Shown: one piece after another, positions 1 through 10,782 of the stretch | How positions within the stretch are numbered: position 1 is the stretch's first letter | Layout: each line of letters opens with the position of its first letter | Origin: an uncultured Clostridia bacterium | GTDB lineage: Bacteria > Bacillota > Clostridia > Christensenellales > UBA1242 | Direction: 5' to 3' | DNA: 64,000 nt | Assembly: GCA_944381155.1 (NCBI GenBank) | Contig: CALWKA010000004.1 | Location: 246-64,245, forward strand | Translations under genes and position numbers: made by a program | The notes under the pieces: model-generated | Told to the model about the DNA's origin: nothing | The model's input: only the letters and a program-made list of their open reading frames with translations | Databases searched by the model: none

Positions 1-190
<190 letters not shown>

Positions 191-451
191 AATTCGTTTA
201 TATTGATTTAAAACAAGTTTCAAATTTCAATAGATGCTAGATAGCATCAACGAATAGATTTATAAAATAACCTTCGCTCATTCGCTTGGCTAATTTCGTT
301 GTCTAAAAAACTTGGAATTGATAAGAACTTTGTTCATTGAACATTGCCATAAGCAATTGCTTGCTTATTGTCTTACCATTGTACCTATTAAGATATAAAT
401 TGTCCTAACGAACCATTGGTTCGGCACCCTGCTTATGCTGAATGCAATATA

Positions 452-480
452 AAGATAACACATATCAAAAACTTTGTCAA
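452..480 (-). promoter_or_regulatory. sigma-A promoter of the rRNA operon
   Basis: TTGACA (480-475), 17 nt, TATCTT (457-452), with A/T-tract UP-element-like DNA upstream. Confidence 0.7.
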
Positions 481-971
481 CAGTTTTTTCAAAAAAAATT
501 TAAAAAATTTTAAACTTTTTTTATTTTTTTATTAATTTTACGAAAATTTCCAATAATTTGTGCGTTTTAGGCATAAAATGGGCATAAAATACGCCAATTT
601 TGATCAAATTTTAGACAAATCAAGTTTATTTTTTGCTCTTTTGACTTCTAAATTTTCTAAAATTTTTCTTGATTTTTCATAAATTTTTAAAATTGATTGA
701 TAAAACTCGACCAATTTTTACTTATCCCATTACCCATTTTTGTGCACATTCAATCAAAATTGACCTTAAAAATTGGAAATTTGAAAAGAAAAAATGCCTA
801 GTTGACTTTCATAACAAATACAATATCATTTTAAGGTTAAAGCAGAACGACTTATTTTAAAATATACTCGTCAAATTCTACTATTTGAAGCATCTTAAAA
901 TATGATATAAGTTTTTTGTTTTTTATTATTACTAATGAAAGCCAATAGGCATTTTCTAAAATTGTATAGTG

Positions 972-2249
972 CTACGCGCTGGGAATTTCATCTAATAGCA
1001 CTCCACTGTCTTCTAATATTTCCATTAAATTGCTAAAATCTGACAAAATTAAATCTTTGACTTGTTTATAATCTGGACTATCCGTGCTACCAACATTGAT
1101 ATATTTATCTTTTATACCTGTGCCATCGTCTATCGTTCCGCCCATAGATGAATAATATCTAGCGGACGGCTCAATCAAACCTGCGTTTATAAGTTCGTCC
1201 ATACTGCTCTCTTCAAAAGCGGTTGACAATGCTTGAGCTAAATTTGTAAGCGTCACGCCATCATCAATCAATGATAACGCGCCTACAGACAATTCTTCGC
1301 TTGTGAATATGTCAGATATCTTCAAATTGGTTACGCTTTCGGATAGTTCTCCAATCTTGAAATCTGCAAGTGTATTCATCAATTTGCTGACTTCATTTCC
1401 GTTTTTATCTTCGTAAATACCATCGCTGTCTTGATCTTCATAAGTCAATAGTTGCGCCACCGTCAATCCTTCAATTGCCTGACCTAATCCGCTAATTTGT
1501 GTCGAATCGGATATATTGTCAAAGAATGCTGGCAAGGCGATGTTGTATTCATCTCTCAACTCACCTATCGTGATTTTGGAATCAATATGAACTGAAATTG
1601 AACTGATAGCCTCGTTCAATGGAATATATCGCAACGCAACTTTTACTTGATTCGATGATAGCGGAAAATCATAATCTTTGATGATTACACGCGATCTTGC
1701 TAAATCTATTGAATAATCAAATTCCACTGCTTCATTGAAGTCCGCGTCTTTATACAGTTTCATATCTACCATATTAAAATAGTAAGTGTTAGTTTCATTA
1801 AGAATACTATCAATTTCAGTCATATCAATCACATTCTTTAATTCTTCTGCACTGATATTTGATAGTTTATTTTGAAGTGCGTCCACAAGTTTTGGTAAAG
1901 GAACATCTTTCAAATCAGTTATATTTATGCCCACTATCTCGTCTTTGATCTCTATATCAAAATCTGATTGCAAATCATTCAGAGTATAACTATCAATATT
2001 TTGTGACAAATTGATTGCGTGCGTGACAAATTTATTCAATGTCAGATTGTTCAAATCATCATTGCCTAAATCTAACTCGGTGTGAAATTTGTCATTTATC
2101 CAGTTTGGTGACGCTTTATAATAAAATAATGCCACGATTCCCGCTATCGCCGCTATGCCAAATAGCAAGCCTATCAGCGCACCAAAGAAAAACGAACCAA
2201 TTGATCCATTTCTGGACTTTCTTTCAATTTTCCCTATTTGTCTACTCAT
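972..2249 (-). CDS. hypothetical protein with N-terminal TM anchor and acidic, helical-repeat-like C-terminal domain (425 aa)
   Basis: Long ORF; GGGG SD-like motif; hydrophobic segment FFFGALIGLLFGIAAIAGIVALFYY; recurring L-x-I-x-E/D-L motifs. Confidence 0.85.
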   Translation of the reverse strand: MSRQIGKIERKSRNGSIGSFFFGALIGLLFGIAAIAGIVALFYYKASPNWINDKFHTELDLGNDDLNNLTLNKFVTHAINLSQNIDSYTLNDLQSDFDIEIKDEIVGINITDLKDVPLPKLVDALQNKLSNISAEELKNVIDMTEIDSILNETNTYYFNMVDMKLYKDADFNEAVEFDYSIDLARSRVIIKDYDFPLSSNQVKVALRYIPLNEAISSISVHIDSKITIGELRDEYNIALPAFFDNISDSTQISGLGQAIEGLTVAQLLTYEDQDSDGIYEDKNGNEVSKLMNTLADFKIGELSESVTNLKISDIFTSEELSVGALSLIDDGVTLTNLAQALSTAFEESSMDELINAGLIEPSARYYSSMGGTIDDGTGIKDKYINVGSTDSPDYKQVKDLILSDFSNLMEILEDSGVLLDEIPSA

Positions 2250-2423
2250 ATTTACCCCGTTTATAGTATTATGGCATAAATTACATTAAAAATAAAACGA
2301 TTTCTTATGAATTTTTAAAAATATTGATGAATTTTGTTGTTTTAAGTATCAATTGACACTCAAAAATTGTTGTGATTGATTATATGATTATTTTGCTGTG
2401 AAGTCTATTTTTTTAATATAAAA

Positions 2424-2496
2424 GGCGGAAGTGCGTTTTCAACGCCAACCGCCCGTCTGGGCGGTTCAAACGCTCGTTCGAGCGTTTACTTCCGCC
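2424..2496. other. GC-rich perfect four-way-junction (cloverleaf) element
   Basis: GGCGGAAGT/ACTTCCGCC closing stem enclosing GCGTT-ttc-AACGC, AACCGCCC-gtct-GGGCGGTT and AAACGCTC-gttc-GAGCGTTT. Confidence 0.8.
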
Positions 2497-2557
2497 ACCC
2501 CTTCCCTGTCAATTTAAACAAAAAAATAAATTATTGCCAAGCAAACAATGAACAATA

Positions 2558-3547
2558 TTAATTCAGCAAAAGTGAATTATTAAGAGGCTTATAAAACTCC
2601 TCTAATATCTTCGGAAAATATTTTCTTAAAGGCACATCCTGTTTTTCATATTCTTTCAATGCCTGTAAAACTGCGCGTGTGTGGATAAATCCTATATCCT
2701 CCTCTTGCTTTATTAGAGTCTCTTCATATTCCTCACCATAGAGATTATTTGAATATAAAATTGTCGTACAACGAATAATTTGTTCATTGACATAAGTTGA
2801 TATGGATCCATAGGCTAAATTTCGCATTTTTTCTTTCACTTCATCGGGGAGTGGAGGCATACGCCTAGCATCGAAATACTTGTCAGTGAGCGGATTGATC
2901 AATGGATGAGAAAATTCGTGTTGAATAAGGTCTAAATTTTTTTGTGACAGAAAGTATGGCTCCAGTTTGTTTTCAGAAAATTTTGCACCCAAATTGCAAA
3001 TACTCTGATCGCCATTTTCCACTGCATAATTGCAGTGTGTTTGAAGAGGCATAAGGTTTATAATATAATCACGTTCCAATTTTTCTTTGTAGAAATTATC
3101 CATATAATCAAGCAAATTTTCATCTACTTTGCTCTTCGTGTCTTCAATCCATTTTTGATACACCCGTGTATGTTTTTTATAAAATTCATCATACTTGGAG
3201 TCGATTGTAAAATTTCTAATTTCTTTTATGAATTCAAGGACTTTAGGACTCCTACCTAAACGAGTTTCAAAAGGATATTTCAACAACTCATTGATACTAA
3301 AATCAGAGTTTAATTGCCACATTAACGCAATAGGTGCATCATAATTAAAACTCAATTCGTGGATAATTTCAGTTAATAGTTTCACAGCCCTATGATTTTT
3401 GTACTGTGAAAAATAATTCTTCACATCCACAGCATAATCAAACTCGGTTGGCACCCTTAATTTCGGAATGCGGTCAAAATAATCTGTCAATGTGAGCATT
3501 ATCTCCATAATCTCGGTACGTTTGTCTAAAGTATATTTGATTTTCAT
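2558..3547 (-). CDS. DUF4932-like protein, putative HEXXH metallopeptidase
   Basis: N-terminal LDKRTEIMEI, YF..YKNHRAV and HEFSH-PLINP motifs, downstream NEQIIR. Confidence 0.7.
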   Translation of the reverse strand: MKIKYTLDKRTEIMEIMLTLTDYFDRIPKLRVPTEFDYAVDVKNYFSQYKNHRAVKLLTEIIHELSFNYDAPIALMWQLNSDFSINELLKYPFETRLGRSPKVLEFIKEIRNFTIDSKYDEFYKKHTRVYQKWIEDTKSKVDENLLDYMDNFYKEKLERDYIINLMPLQTHCNYAVENGDQSICNLGAKFSENKLEPYFLSQKNLDLIQHEFSHPLINPLTDKYFDARRMPPLPDEVKEKMRNLAYGSISTYVNEQIIRCTTILYSNNLYGEEYEETLIKQEEDIGFIHTRAVLQALKEYEKQDVPLRKYFPKILEEFYKPLNNSLLLN

Positions 3548-3632
3548 ATTGTTATTATATCTCCTAATAATTTTAATGTCTTAAACGTTAAATTTGTAGA
3601 ATTTGAAACTAAATTCAATTAAACTAATATTT

Positions 3633-3974
3633 TCATAAAATTACAATCGTGCAACCGGAATTTAACAAATACAAATCTCTATCCGCAAGTAAATCTGGGC
3701 AATAATTTATAGCGATTTTTCTAACCACATTGTTTGGTGTCCATCTATCGCAACAAGTGTAATCCTCAATTTTTCCTCTACGCTTCAATTCTTCACATTT
3801 TTTTAGGAAATTTACTTTGATCGCTCCGCCAACTCCGTGACTGCCATATCCGTGAATGACTTTCATTACCTTGTATCCGCCTCTTTTATAACTCTCTACT
3901 TCTAACAAAAATTGAGCGATTGCCTCACTAACTGTCTGCCTATCAGATTTGATATCAATAGTAATTAGTTCCAT
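3633..3974 (-). CDS. stand-alone Smr/MutS2-C domain protein
   Basis: KVIHGYGSHGVGGAIK and C-terminal NSGCTIV motifs; ATG at 3974 preferred over GTG at 4001. Confidence 0.85.
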   Translation of the reverse strand: MELITIDIKSDRQTVSEAIAQFLLEVESYKRGGYKVMKVIHGYGSHGVGGAIKVNFLKKCEELKRRGKIEDYTCCDRWTPNNVVRKIAINYCPDLLADRDLYLLNSGCTIVIL

Positions 3975-4200
3975 ATTGTAATTATTATATATGAAATTCA
4001 CAAATATTGCAAATCAATTAGGACTTAATTGAATACAAAATGTAAGATTTTAAATTAATATAATCTTCTTAATTTAAAAGCTATTCCCTTCCTGAATAAT
4101 TGAGTGAATCGTTAGCGGGCAAGTTTTGATTGGCATAAATTTTACAACTCAGTTCTATTTGGGCAAAATTTTATCTCCAAACTAATAATGTGGTATATTA

Positions 4201-4770
4201 TTACTTCAAAATCTCAGCTTGCAATCTTTCCATAATATGTGGAAAATGTCTTTCGCAAAACCCATAAATACCTGTTTCTTTTTTGTCCAAAATGCCTAAT
4301 TCGATAATCATATTAGAGATATATTCGTCAATCATTTTATTATATTCTTCTGTGTCGCAAAAATAATGTAGTTTGATTTTCGATTGGCTATTTAGTTCTT
4401 GTATGTAATTATATACATTATTAACCTTTTTGCAATTCAAGATTTTGACAGGACTCTCGCTTACAAGTTCACCACTGAATGTAGTCTTGCCTGCTACAAA
4501 TGTTGAGGGATCTACTTCGTAAATATAGCATACGGCATTATCAAATATTCTTTTGAGGGCACCTTTGTAAGCCTCGTAGAAGAATGGTATATTATCTTTT
4601 ATGCCATAAATCCCATCGAAACCGCCCGCCATTTCCTTTCCGCCAAAAAATAAAGAAAATTCCAAACTTGGTGTAGCATATACATAAGATTTTCCGTGCG
4701 TTGAAATACGAGGTTCTATGATTTTCAGATTTGGAATAGTTGATGTGTGATATAACTTCATCTTTTTCAT
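4201..4770 (-). CDS. hypothetical protein, ADP-ribosyltransferase-like (Arr-like) fold
   Basis: LYHTS...VYAT...YIYEVDP...ELVSESPVKI pattern; function inferred. Confidence 0.6.
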   Translation of the reverse strand: MKKMKLYHTSTIPNLKIIEPRISTHGKSYVYATPSLEFSLFFGGKEMAGGFDGIYGIKDNIPFFYEAYKGALKRIFDNAVCYIYEVDPSTFVAGKTTFSGELVSESPVKILNCKKVNNVYNYIQELNSQSKIKLHYFCDTEEYNKMIDEYISNMIIELGILDKKETGIYGFCERHFPHIMERLQAEILK

Positions 4771-5025
4771 ATAATTTGATTATAACACAAAATTACAAAT
4801 TTATATCAATATTTTAAATAAAATTCAAATAAAAAATAGATAACTTGAAGTTCATATCATCAATTTCTCTTGTTGTACTTCTAAGATAAAATACCAAAAC
4901 TCAATATTGTGTTATTCTCTATTGATAATGAAATGATATATCTCATTTCATCGGCAATGTTCCTAATTTAGATGTAAGTATCATCAAATAATTTGAAAAA
5001 ATATTATTTTTTTATTTTCTAAAAT

Positions 5026-5062
5026 AATAAAAAGGAACTTCATCATTTAGCAAAGTCCCTTT
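5026..5062 (-). terminator. intrinsic terminator after clpX
   Basis: Minus strand AAAGGGACTT-N12-AAGTTCCTTT followed by TTATT. Confidence 0.65.
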
Positions 5063-5088
5063 ACTTTTTTCCTCAAAACTTATTAACT

Positions 5089-6363
5089 TTATGCTGTTTG
5101 CTTTTTCTCTTTGAGTTTCGGTTTGGCTTTGATGATTTTTGCTTTTGCGTTCTTGTTAATAAAATCAGCAGTTATGACAATTCGTTCAATATTGTCTTCA
5201 AAATGATAACTATACATAACATCAAGCATACGCTCTTCAAGAATAGTCCTCAATCCTCTAGCACCGGTCTTCAGTTCTATAGCTTTCTTGGCTACAGCAG
5301 TAATTGCCTCAGGCTCGAAAGACAAATCAATTCCGTCCATTTTGAACATTTGAATATATTGTTTCGTGATGGCATTCTTTGGTTCTACCAAAATTCGCTC
5401 CAACGCTTTTTCATCTAGACTGTCAAGACAAGCAACGATAGGAAGCCTACCAACAAATTCTGGAATCATACCATATTTTATCAAATCTTGTGGTTGAATA
5501 TTTTCGAATTTGTTTAAAGATTCTTCCATCTCTTTTTTCTTGACACTAGCTCCAAAGCCTAAAGAAGATGCACCATTTCGTTCACTGATTATTTTATCAA
5601 GTCCAACAAACGCACCGCCACAAATAAACAAAATATTGGTCGTATCAATTTTAATATTTTCTTGTTGCGGATGTTTTCTTCCGCCCTGTGGTGGAACGGA
5701 AGCAATCGTTCCTTCCAAAATTTTCAATAAAGCCTGTTGCACTCCTTCCCCGCTCACATCGCGTGTGATGGATACATTTTGAGTCTTTCTTGCAATTTTA
5801 TCTATCTCATCAATATAGATTATGCCACGCTGTGCCTTTTCAATGTCGTAATCAGCATTTTGAATAAGTTTCAACAAAATATTTTCAACATCGTCACCAA
5901 CATAACCCGCTTCTGTCAGCGCCGTGGCATCGCTTGAAGCAAACGGCACTTTCAGCGTCTTGGCAAGCGTTTTTGCAAGCAAAGTTTTCCCGCTTCCTGT
6001 AGGACCAACCAACAACACATTAGATTTTTCCAATTCCACTTCATCTTGCGAATTGTCGCGTTTGATAGTGTTGTAATTTATGCGCTTATAATGATTATAT
6101 ACAGACACGGCAAGGATCTTCTTCACTTCGTCCTGCCCAATAATGAATTCGTCTAACTTTTGCTTGATTTCTTGCGGTTTAATCAGATCTATAAATTCAT
6201 TTTTTTCGCTCTGTCGTGTGCGGTGATTAAAATCCATAAGATCTTTGCAAATGTTCAAACAATCTTTGCAAATGAAACAATCACCTTCCGGATTGCTAAT
6301 GATATCCGTCAATTCGCGTGCAGGACGCCCACAGAATGAGCAAATAGTTTCTATCTCTTTCAT
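5089..6363 (-). CDS. clpX: ATP-dependent Clp protease ATP-binding subunit ClpX
   Basis: C4 zinc finger CSFCG..ICKDC, Walker [28 protein letters not shown] loop; GGAG SD before ATG 6363. Confidence 0.98.
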   Translation of the reverse strand: MKEIETICSFCGRPARELTDIISNPEGDCFICKDCLNICKDLMDFNHRTRQSEKNEFIDLIKPQEIKQKLDEFIIGQDEVKKILAVSVYNHYKRINYNTIKRDNSQDEVELEKSNVLLVGPTGSGKTLLAKTLAKTLKVPFASSDATALTEAGYVGDDVENILLKLIQNADYDIEKAQRGIIYIDEIDKIARKTQNVSITRDVSGEGVQQALLKILEGTIASVPPQGGRKHPQQENIKIDTTNILFICGGAFVGLDKIISERNGASSLGFGASVKKKEMEESLNKFENIQPQDLIKYGMIPEFVGRLPIVACLDSLDEKALERILVEPKNAITKQYIQMFKMDGIDLSFEPEAITAVAKKAIELKTGARGLRTILEERMLDVMYSYHFEDNIERIVITADFINKNAKAKIIKAKPKLKEKKQTA

Positions 6364-6416
6364 ACTCTCCTTTATTTGCAAAATACAGACGAAAACATCA
6401 GTCTGTATCTTTATTT

Positions 6417-6998
6417 TTAATTTTTTCGTTTATCGTATATCTTGTCCACCAAGCCATATTTCAATGCTTGTTTAGCGTCCAAGAAATTGTCTCTATCCGT
6501 ATCTTTTGTAATCGTTTCAAGGCTTTTGCCCGTGTTGTCTGCTAAAATTTTGTTCAAACTCTCTCGTGTCTTTTGAATGTGACGGGCGTGAATCTCAATG
6601 TCTGATGCTTGACCTTGCGCTCCGCCAAGTGGTTGATGAATCATCACTTCGCTATGAGGAAGACAAATTCGTTTACCCTTCGTACCGCTAGACAAAATCA
6701 CCGCTGCCATACTTGCTGCCATACCAATGCAAATGGTAGATATATCGCATTTTATATATTGCATAGTGTCATAGATTGCAAGCCCAGCTGTCACACTGCC
6801 ACCCGGACTATTGATGTACATAAAGATGTCTTTGTCCGGATTTTTGCCTTCCAAATAAAGCAATTGAGCGACAACTGTATTAGCAGTTTGGTCATCAATC
6901 TCGCCAGATAGGAAAACGATTCTGTCTTCCAAAAGTCGCGAATAGATATCATAACTGCGCTCAACATTGCCAACCTGATCAATAACCATAGGTATCAT
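6417..6998 (-). CDS. clpP: ATP-dependent Clp protease proteolytic subunit
   Basis: [37 protein letters not shown]. Confidence 0.98.
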   Translation of the reverse strand: MIPMVIDQVGNVERSYDIYSRLLEDRIVFLSGEIDDQTANTVVAQLLYLEGKNPDKDIFMYINSPGGSVTAGLAIYDTMQYIKCDISTICIGMAASMAAVILSSGTKGKRICLPHSEVMIHQPLGGAQGQASDIEIHARHIQKTRESLNKILADNTGKSLETITKDTDRDNFLDAKQALKYGLVDKIYDKRKN

Positions 6999-7076
6999 AA
7001 TCTTCTCTCCTTATATTTATTTGAATTGTTTGTAAATTTATTACAGAAAATCAATTTTTATCAAAAATTCTTAATA

Positions 7077-8360
7077 TTAGATAATTTCATTGTTGTTTCT
7101 CAAAAATTCTACCAATTTCTTCATAAGAATTTCATTTGCAATATGATTTATCATATCATTATTAACTTGCTTCTTGAATTCTTCCACCGTCTTTCCGGTA
7201 TTTTTTGCCATTTCTTCGATTTTTTCGTCGATATCTTTTTCTATCAAGTCTAGATGCTCATCTCGAATAAGTTTTTCCAATACCAAACGCCCTTTCACTT
7301 GTCTACGCGAATTTGCTTTCACTTCTTCTTTGAATTGATCCATTGTCTTGCCAATATATTTCACATAGTCTTCAAGTTTCAAGCCTTGATATTGCATTTG
7401 AGCGTTCAGCCCATTCATTTGGCGATCAAACTCTTCATCCACCATCGCTTCAGGCACATTCAATTCGGTGTCGTCAATGACTTTGTCTAGAATATCGTTG
7501 TCCAACTCCAATTCATTTCGCTCGTCCGCTTCTTTTTCAAGGCGGGTGCGAATGCTCTCTTTGTATTTGTCTACCGAGTCAAATTCCGTAGAATTGGAAA
7601 CAAATTCTTCATTAAGTATTGGCATTACGCGCTCGCGTATATTTTTAATTTCAACTTTAAATGTGGCAGGTTTGCCTGCTAAATCTTTTGCGTGATAATC
7701 TTTTGGGAAAGTGACGACCACATCTTTTTTGTCCCCAATATTGAGCCCAACCAATTGATCTTCAAAATTGTCGATAAAAGATTTGCTACCAATCTTTAAT
7801 TGATAATTGTCCGCCTTGCCACCTTCAAACTGCTTGCCGTCAATATATCCATCAAAGTCTAGCGTAACAAAATCGCCTTCTTTCACTGGCTTTTTCGTTT
7901 CGACCAATCGAGAGGCGCGCAACAACTCCTTATTGATTTCTTCTTCAACATCTTTATCTGTTATCTCCGTCTTTTTCTTTTCGAACTTCAATCCCTTGTA
8001 TGGAGCGAGTGTGAAATCTGGCACACATACAATAGTCATCAATAGTTCGACTCCAGATTTGTCCAATTTTTTAATATCAAGTTTTGGCGCGTCAACCGGC
8101 TTGATATCTTCATTTTCACGCAAAACTTGCGTATACGCTTTGTAATACACTTCATCTAGCGCTTCGTTTACAAATGCGCCTTCACCATAACTTTTTTCAA
8201 TAATATTCCTAGGTGCGTGACCTTTCCTGAACCCTGGAATATTGAATTTCCCCTTATTTTTTTCATACGCGGAATTAAGGCTATCCTGCCAATCTTTTTC
8301 ATCAAGGCTCACTTTTGCCTCATAAATTCCATTTTCTTTCTTCTCTACTTTCAGTACCAT
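7077..8360 (-). CDS. tig: trigger factor
   Basis: IPGFRKGHAP ribosome-binding motif, FKBP domain (FEGGKA, TFPKDYHAKDLAGK); upstream of clpP. Confidence 0.97.
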   Translation of the reverse strand: MVLKVEKKENGIYEAKVSLDEKDWQDSLNSAYEKNKGKFNIPGFRKGHAPRNIIEKSYGEGAFVNEALDEVYYKAYTQVLRENEDIKPVDAPKLDIKKLDKSGVELLMTIVCVPDFTLAPYKGLKFEKKKTEITDKDVEEEINKELLRASRLVETKKPVKEGDFVTLDFDGYIDGKQFEGGKADNYQLKIGSKSFIDNFEDQLVGLNIGDKKDVVVTFPKDYHAKDLAGKPATFKVEIKNIRERVMPILNEEFVSNSTEFDSVDKYKESIRTRLEKEADERNELELDNDILDKVIDDTELNVPEAMVDEEFDRQMNGLNAQMQYQGLKLEDYVKYIGKTMDQFKEEVKANSRRQVKGRLVLEKLIRDEHLDLIEKDIDEKIEEMAKNTGKTVEEFKKQVNNDMINHIANEILMKKLVEFLRNNNEII

Positions 8361-8419
8361 ACTAATCTCCTTATAAATATAGACTTGTGTATTTTATCAT
8401 ACAATTAAAATTAAATCAA

Positions 8420-8770
8420 TCAAATTAGCACAAAAATTCCTACGATTATGAAAAGTATCGCGCATATGTAGGACACAATATTTATACGCTTTTTTTGCTT
8501 GTATAATGTGGAAAATTCAGCATTTATCTCTATAGATTGTTCATCATTCAATTCATTTTCTTTATCCAAAATTTTGTCGATTTCCATTTGTCTTTTGACG
8601 ATTTTGTCCGTTCTATCTATGGCAAAAAAGACTATGCCAACTGACAAAAAGAAAAAACCAAAAGACTGGCAATACTTATTTTGATTGCCCACAATCAAGA
8701 GTATAAATCCTACAAACAAACTCACCAAACAAATGGTGAGTTTTAAGTTAAACTTAAATTTCATAATCAA
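8420..8770 (-). CDS. hypothetical membrane protein (3 TM)
   Basis: Three hydrophobic stretches; abuts upstream gene; start TTG 8770 or ATG 8764. Confidence 0.75.
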   Translation of the reverse strand: MIMKFKFNLKLTICLVSLFVGFILLIVGNQNKYCQSFGFFFLSVGIVFFAIDRTDKIVKRQMEIDKILDKENELNDEQSIEINAEFSTLYKQKKRINIVSYICAILFIIVGIFVLI

Positions 8771-9037
8771 TTAAAATGTCAAGAACAAGAATACAATTAT
8801 CAAAATAACTGCTATAACATAAGCAATCATAAAGGCAATACTTCTTCTAGACTTGGCAAAATAAAATGCAAATACTGCCGTGATAGCATACGCAATAAAT
8901 TGTGCAATTGTGCTCATAGCGGATACAACGGTCGAACTAACCCCTACCGCACCCAAAATGTATTGCACGATCAAAGCAATGGCAACGAGCATAATAGCAA
9001 GATACGCTAAAAAGTTTACAAAACCCTTACCTTTCAT
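8771..9037 (-). CDS. hypothetical membrane protein (3 TM, 88 aa)
   Basis: GGAGG SD; almost entirely hydrophobic. Confidence 0.8.
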   Translation of the reverse strand: MKGKGFVNFLAYLAIMLVAIALIVQYILGAVGVSSTVVSAMSTIAQFIAYAITAVFAFYFAKSRRSIAFMIAYVIAVILIIVFLFLTF

Positions 9038-9198
9038 ACATCCTCCAATAGTCGTATTATAACATAACTATTCAGTTTTTACAAATAAATTACAAAATTT
9101 GTCAAAAATATCAAAAAAATTTGTCAAAATTACACTTTTCTATATGATTTTTTCTATATTTGTATGAAGTTGAATCAATTTTAAATAAATCGTTTGAA

Positions 9199-10104
9199 TC
9201 AATCGGATATTTTTTTGATGACATCTAAAAAATAATCGGGCAAACCAATTTCAAATTGGAGCTTTTCTTTGCTGGTCGGGTGAACGAAATTGATTTTATA
9301 GGCAAATAACAGTTGACCATTTGTGGCAATATTTTTGTCTTCACCCCCATACAATTTGTCACCCACGATAGGATGATTGATTGATTTTAGATGGGCGCGT
9401 ATTTGATGCGTCCTACCTGTCGTCAACTTGCAATTCAATAATGTATAATGATCATACACTGCATCTATACTAAAAATTGTTTTGCTATACTTGCCTTTTT
9501 CAGATTTGGTGAGCATCATTTGCTCTCTATTCTTCGGATTTCGAATCAAATATCCCTCTATAACAAAATCTTCTTTTATCCTTCCTTTTATCAATGCTTT
9601 GTATTCCCTATTTAGCGTTTTATCCTTTAGTTGCTCGCTCAAAATCTTGTGCGAATTGTCGTTTTTCGCAACTATCATCAATCCCCCTGTGTCTTTGTCT
9701 AATCTATGCACAATACCTGGGCGCAACACGCCATTGATTGTAGATAAATTTTTGATATGATACATCAATGCGTTGACAAGAGTGTGCGATTTTGTGCTGG
9801 CGCACGGATGGACCACTAGCCCTGCTTGTTTGTTTATTACTAGCAAATCGTCATCTTCATACACTATATCAAGCGGTATATTTTCAGGTGAAGCGTCAAT
9901 GGTGCTGATTGGTTTTTCATCTATCTCTATCTGATCGGATAGTTTCAATTTATAACCCGATTTTTTCTTTTCATTGTTCACCAAAATTCTTCCTTCATCA
10001 TTCAATGTTTTCAAATAACTGCGTGAAAAATTCGTGTGTTGCACCAAAAAAATGTCCAATCTAATATCTACACCATCTTCGTTTACTTTAAGAATTGTTT
10101 TCAT
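9199..10104 (-). CDS. rluD: RluA/RluD family 23S rRNA pseudouridine synthase
   Basis: S4 domain RLD.FL, INKQAGLVVHP, GIVHRLDKDT, TGRTHQIR; overlaps lspA. Confidence 0.92.
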   Translation of the reverse strand: MKTILKVNEDGVDIRLDIFLVQHTNFSRSYLKTLNDEGRILVNNEKKKSGYKLKLSDQIEIDEKPISTIDASPENIPLDIVYEDDDLLVINKQAGLVVHPCASTKSHTLVNALMYHIKNLSTINGVLRPGIVHRLDKDTGGLMIVAKNDNSHKILSEQLKDKTLNREYKALIKGRIKEDFVIEGYLIRNPKNREQMMLTKSEKGKYSKTIFSIDAVYDHYTLLNCKLTTGRTHQIRAHLKSINHPIVGDKLYGGEDKNIATNGQLLFAYKINFVHPTSKEKLQFEIGLPDYFLDVIKKISD

Positions 10105-10570
10105 TTTCCTGCCTCAAATTTTTCTTCCCCATAAAAAATAGTATGAATATTGCCATCATCACCGCTCCTACACACAAAAAACTATCCGCAAAATTAAATA
10201 CAGGGAACGCTTGCCAAAAATCTAGGAATATAAAATCTCTGACATATCCTAAAAATAATCTATCCACCAAATTGCCTATTGCTCCGCCCACAATGAATCC
10301 AAATGAAATGGAATAGAAAATTGAATTTGTCTTCACAAAATAATTGAATATAAATAGTGCGATTATCATAATTATGCTGACGATTATAAGGGCGATTGTA
10401 TTGTCGCTAAATAGTCCAAAGGCAGCACCTGTATTGCCGTTGTTTGTGGCAATGGAGATCACATTTGGTATCAAATTGAAATATTCGACCTCAAATAAAA
10501 AATGTTTGGTAACAAGATCTATTACCAAAACACCAATTATTGAACAAATGATAGTTATCCATTTTTTCAT
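10088..10570 (-). CDS. lspA: signal peptidase II
   Basis: DLVTK, NTGAAFG, GGAIGNLVDR, VRDFI, FNFADS. Confidence 0.96.
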   Translation of the reverse strand: MKKWITIICSIIGVLVIDLVTKHFLFEVEYFNLIPNVISIATNNGNTGAAFGLFSDNTIALIIVSIIMIIALFIFNYFVKTNSIFYSISFGFIVGGAIGNLVDRLFLGYVRDFIFLDFWQAFPVFNFADSFLCVGAVMMAIFILFFMGKKNLRQENENNS

Positions 10571-10782
10571 TAAAAATATTTTCCCTTATTAAAATAAAGT
10601 ATGTTTTAATTAGATAGTTTAATTATTTTCTATAAAATATTTTTATTTTTTGTTTATTTATATATTTTTATTGTTTATTTTTTTATTATAATCTTTTACT
10701 ATTAATTAATAATGAGTACTAATTTCTATTATTTAGTTTAAATAGAGTTAATCTACTAAATTAATATTAAATTTTATGTATC

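Noticed and set aside
669-860. 63-aa ORF and other short AT-rich ORFs (7026, 27550, 63356, 63538)
   Set aside because: Low complexity, no SD; they lie in spacers or overlap real genes.
2424-2500. tRNA gene (73 nt, GTTCGA, 3' ACC)
   Set aside because: Loops are 3-4 nt; there is no 7-nt anticodon or T loop and no D-loop GG. Kept only as a structured element.
9094-9129. AAAATTTGTCAAAA duplicated 22 bp apart
   Set aside because: Could be tandem -35 or imperfect Spo0A boxes; not distinguishable from chance.
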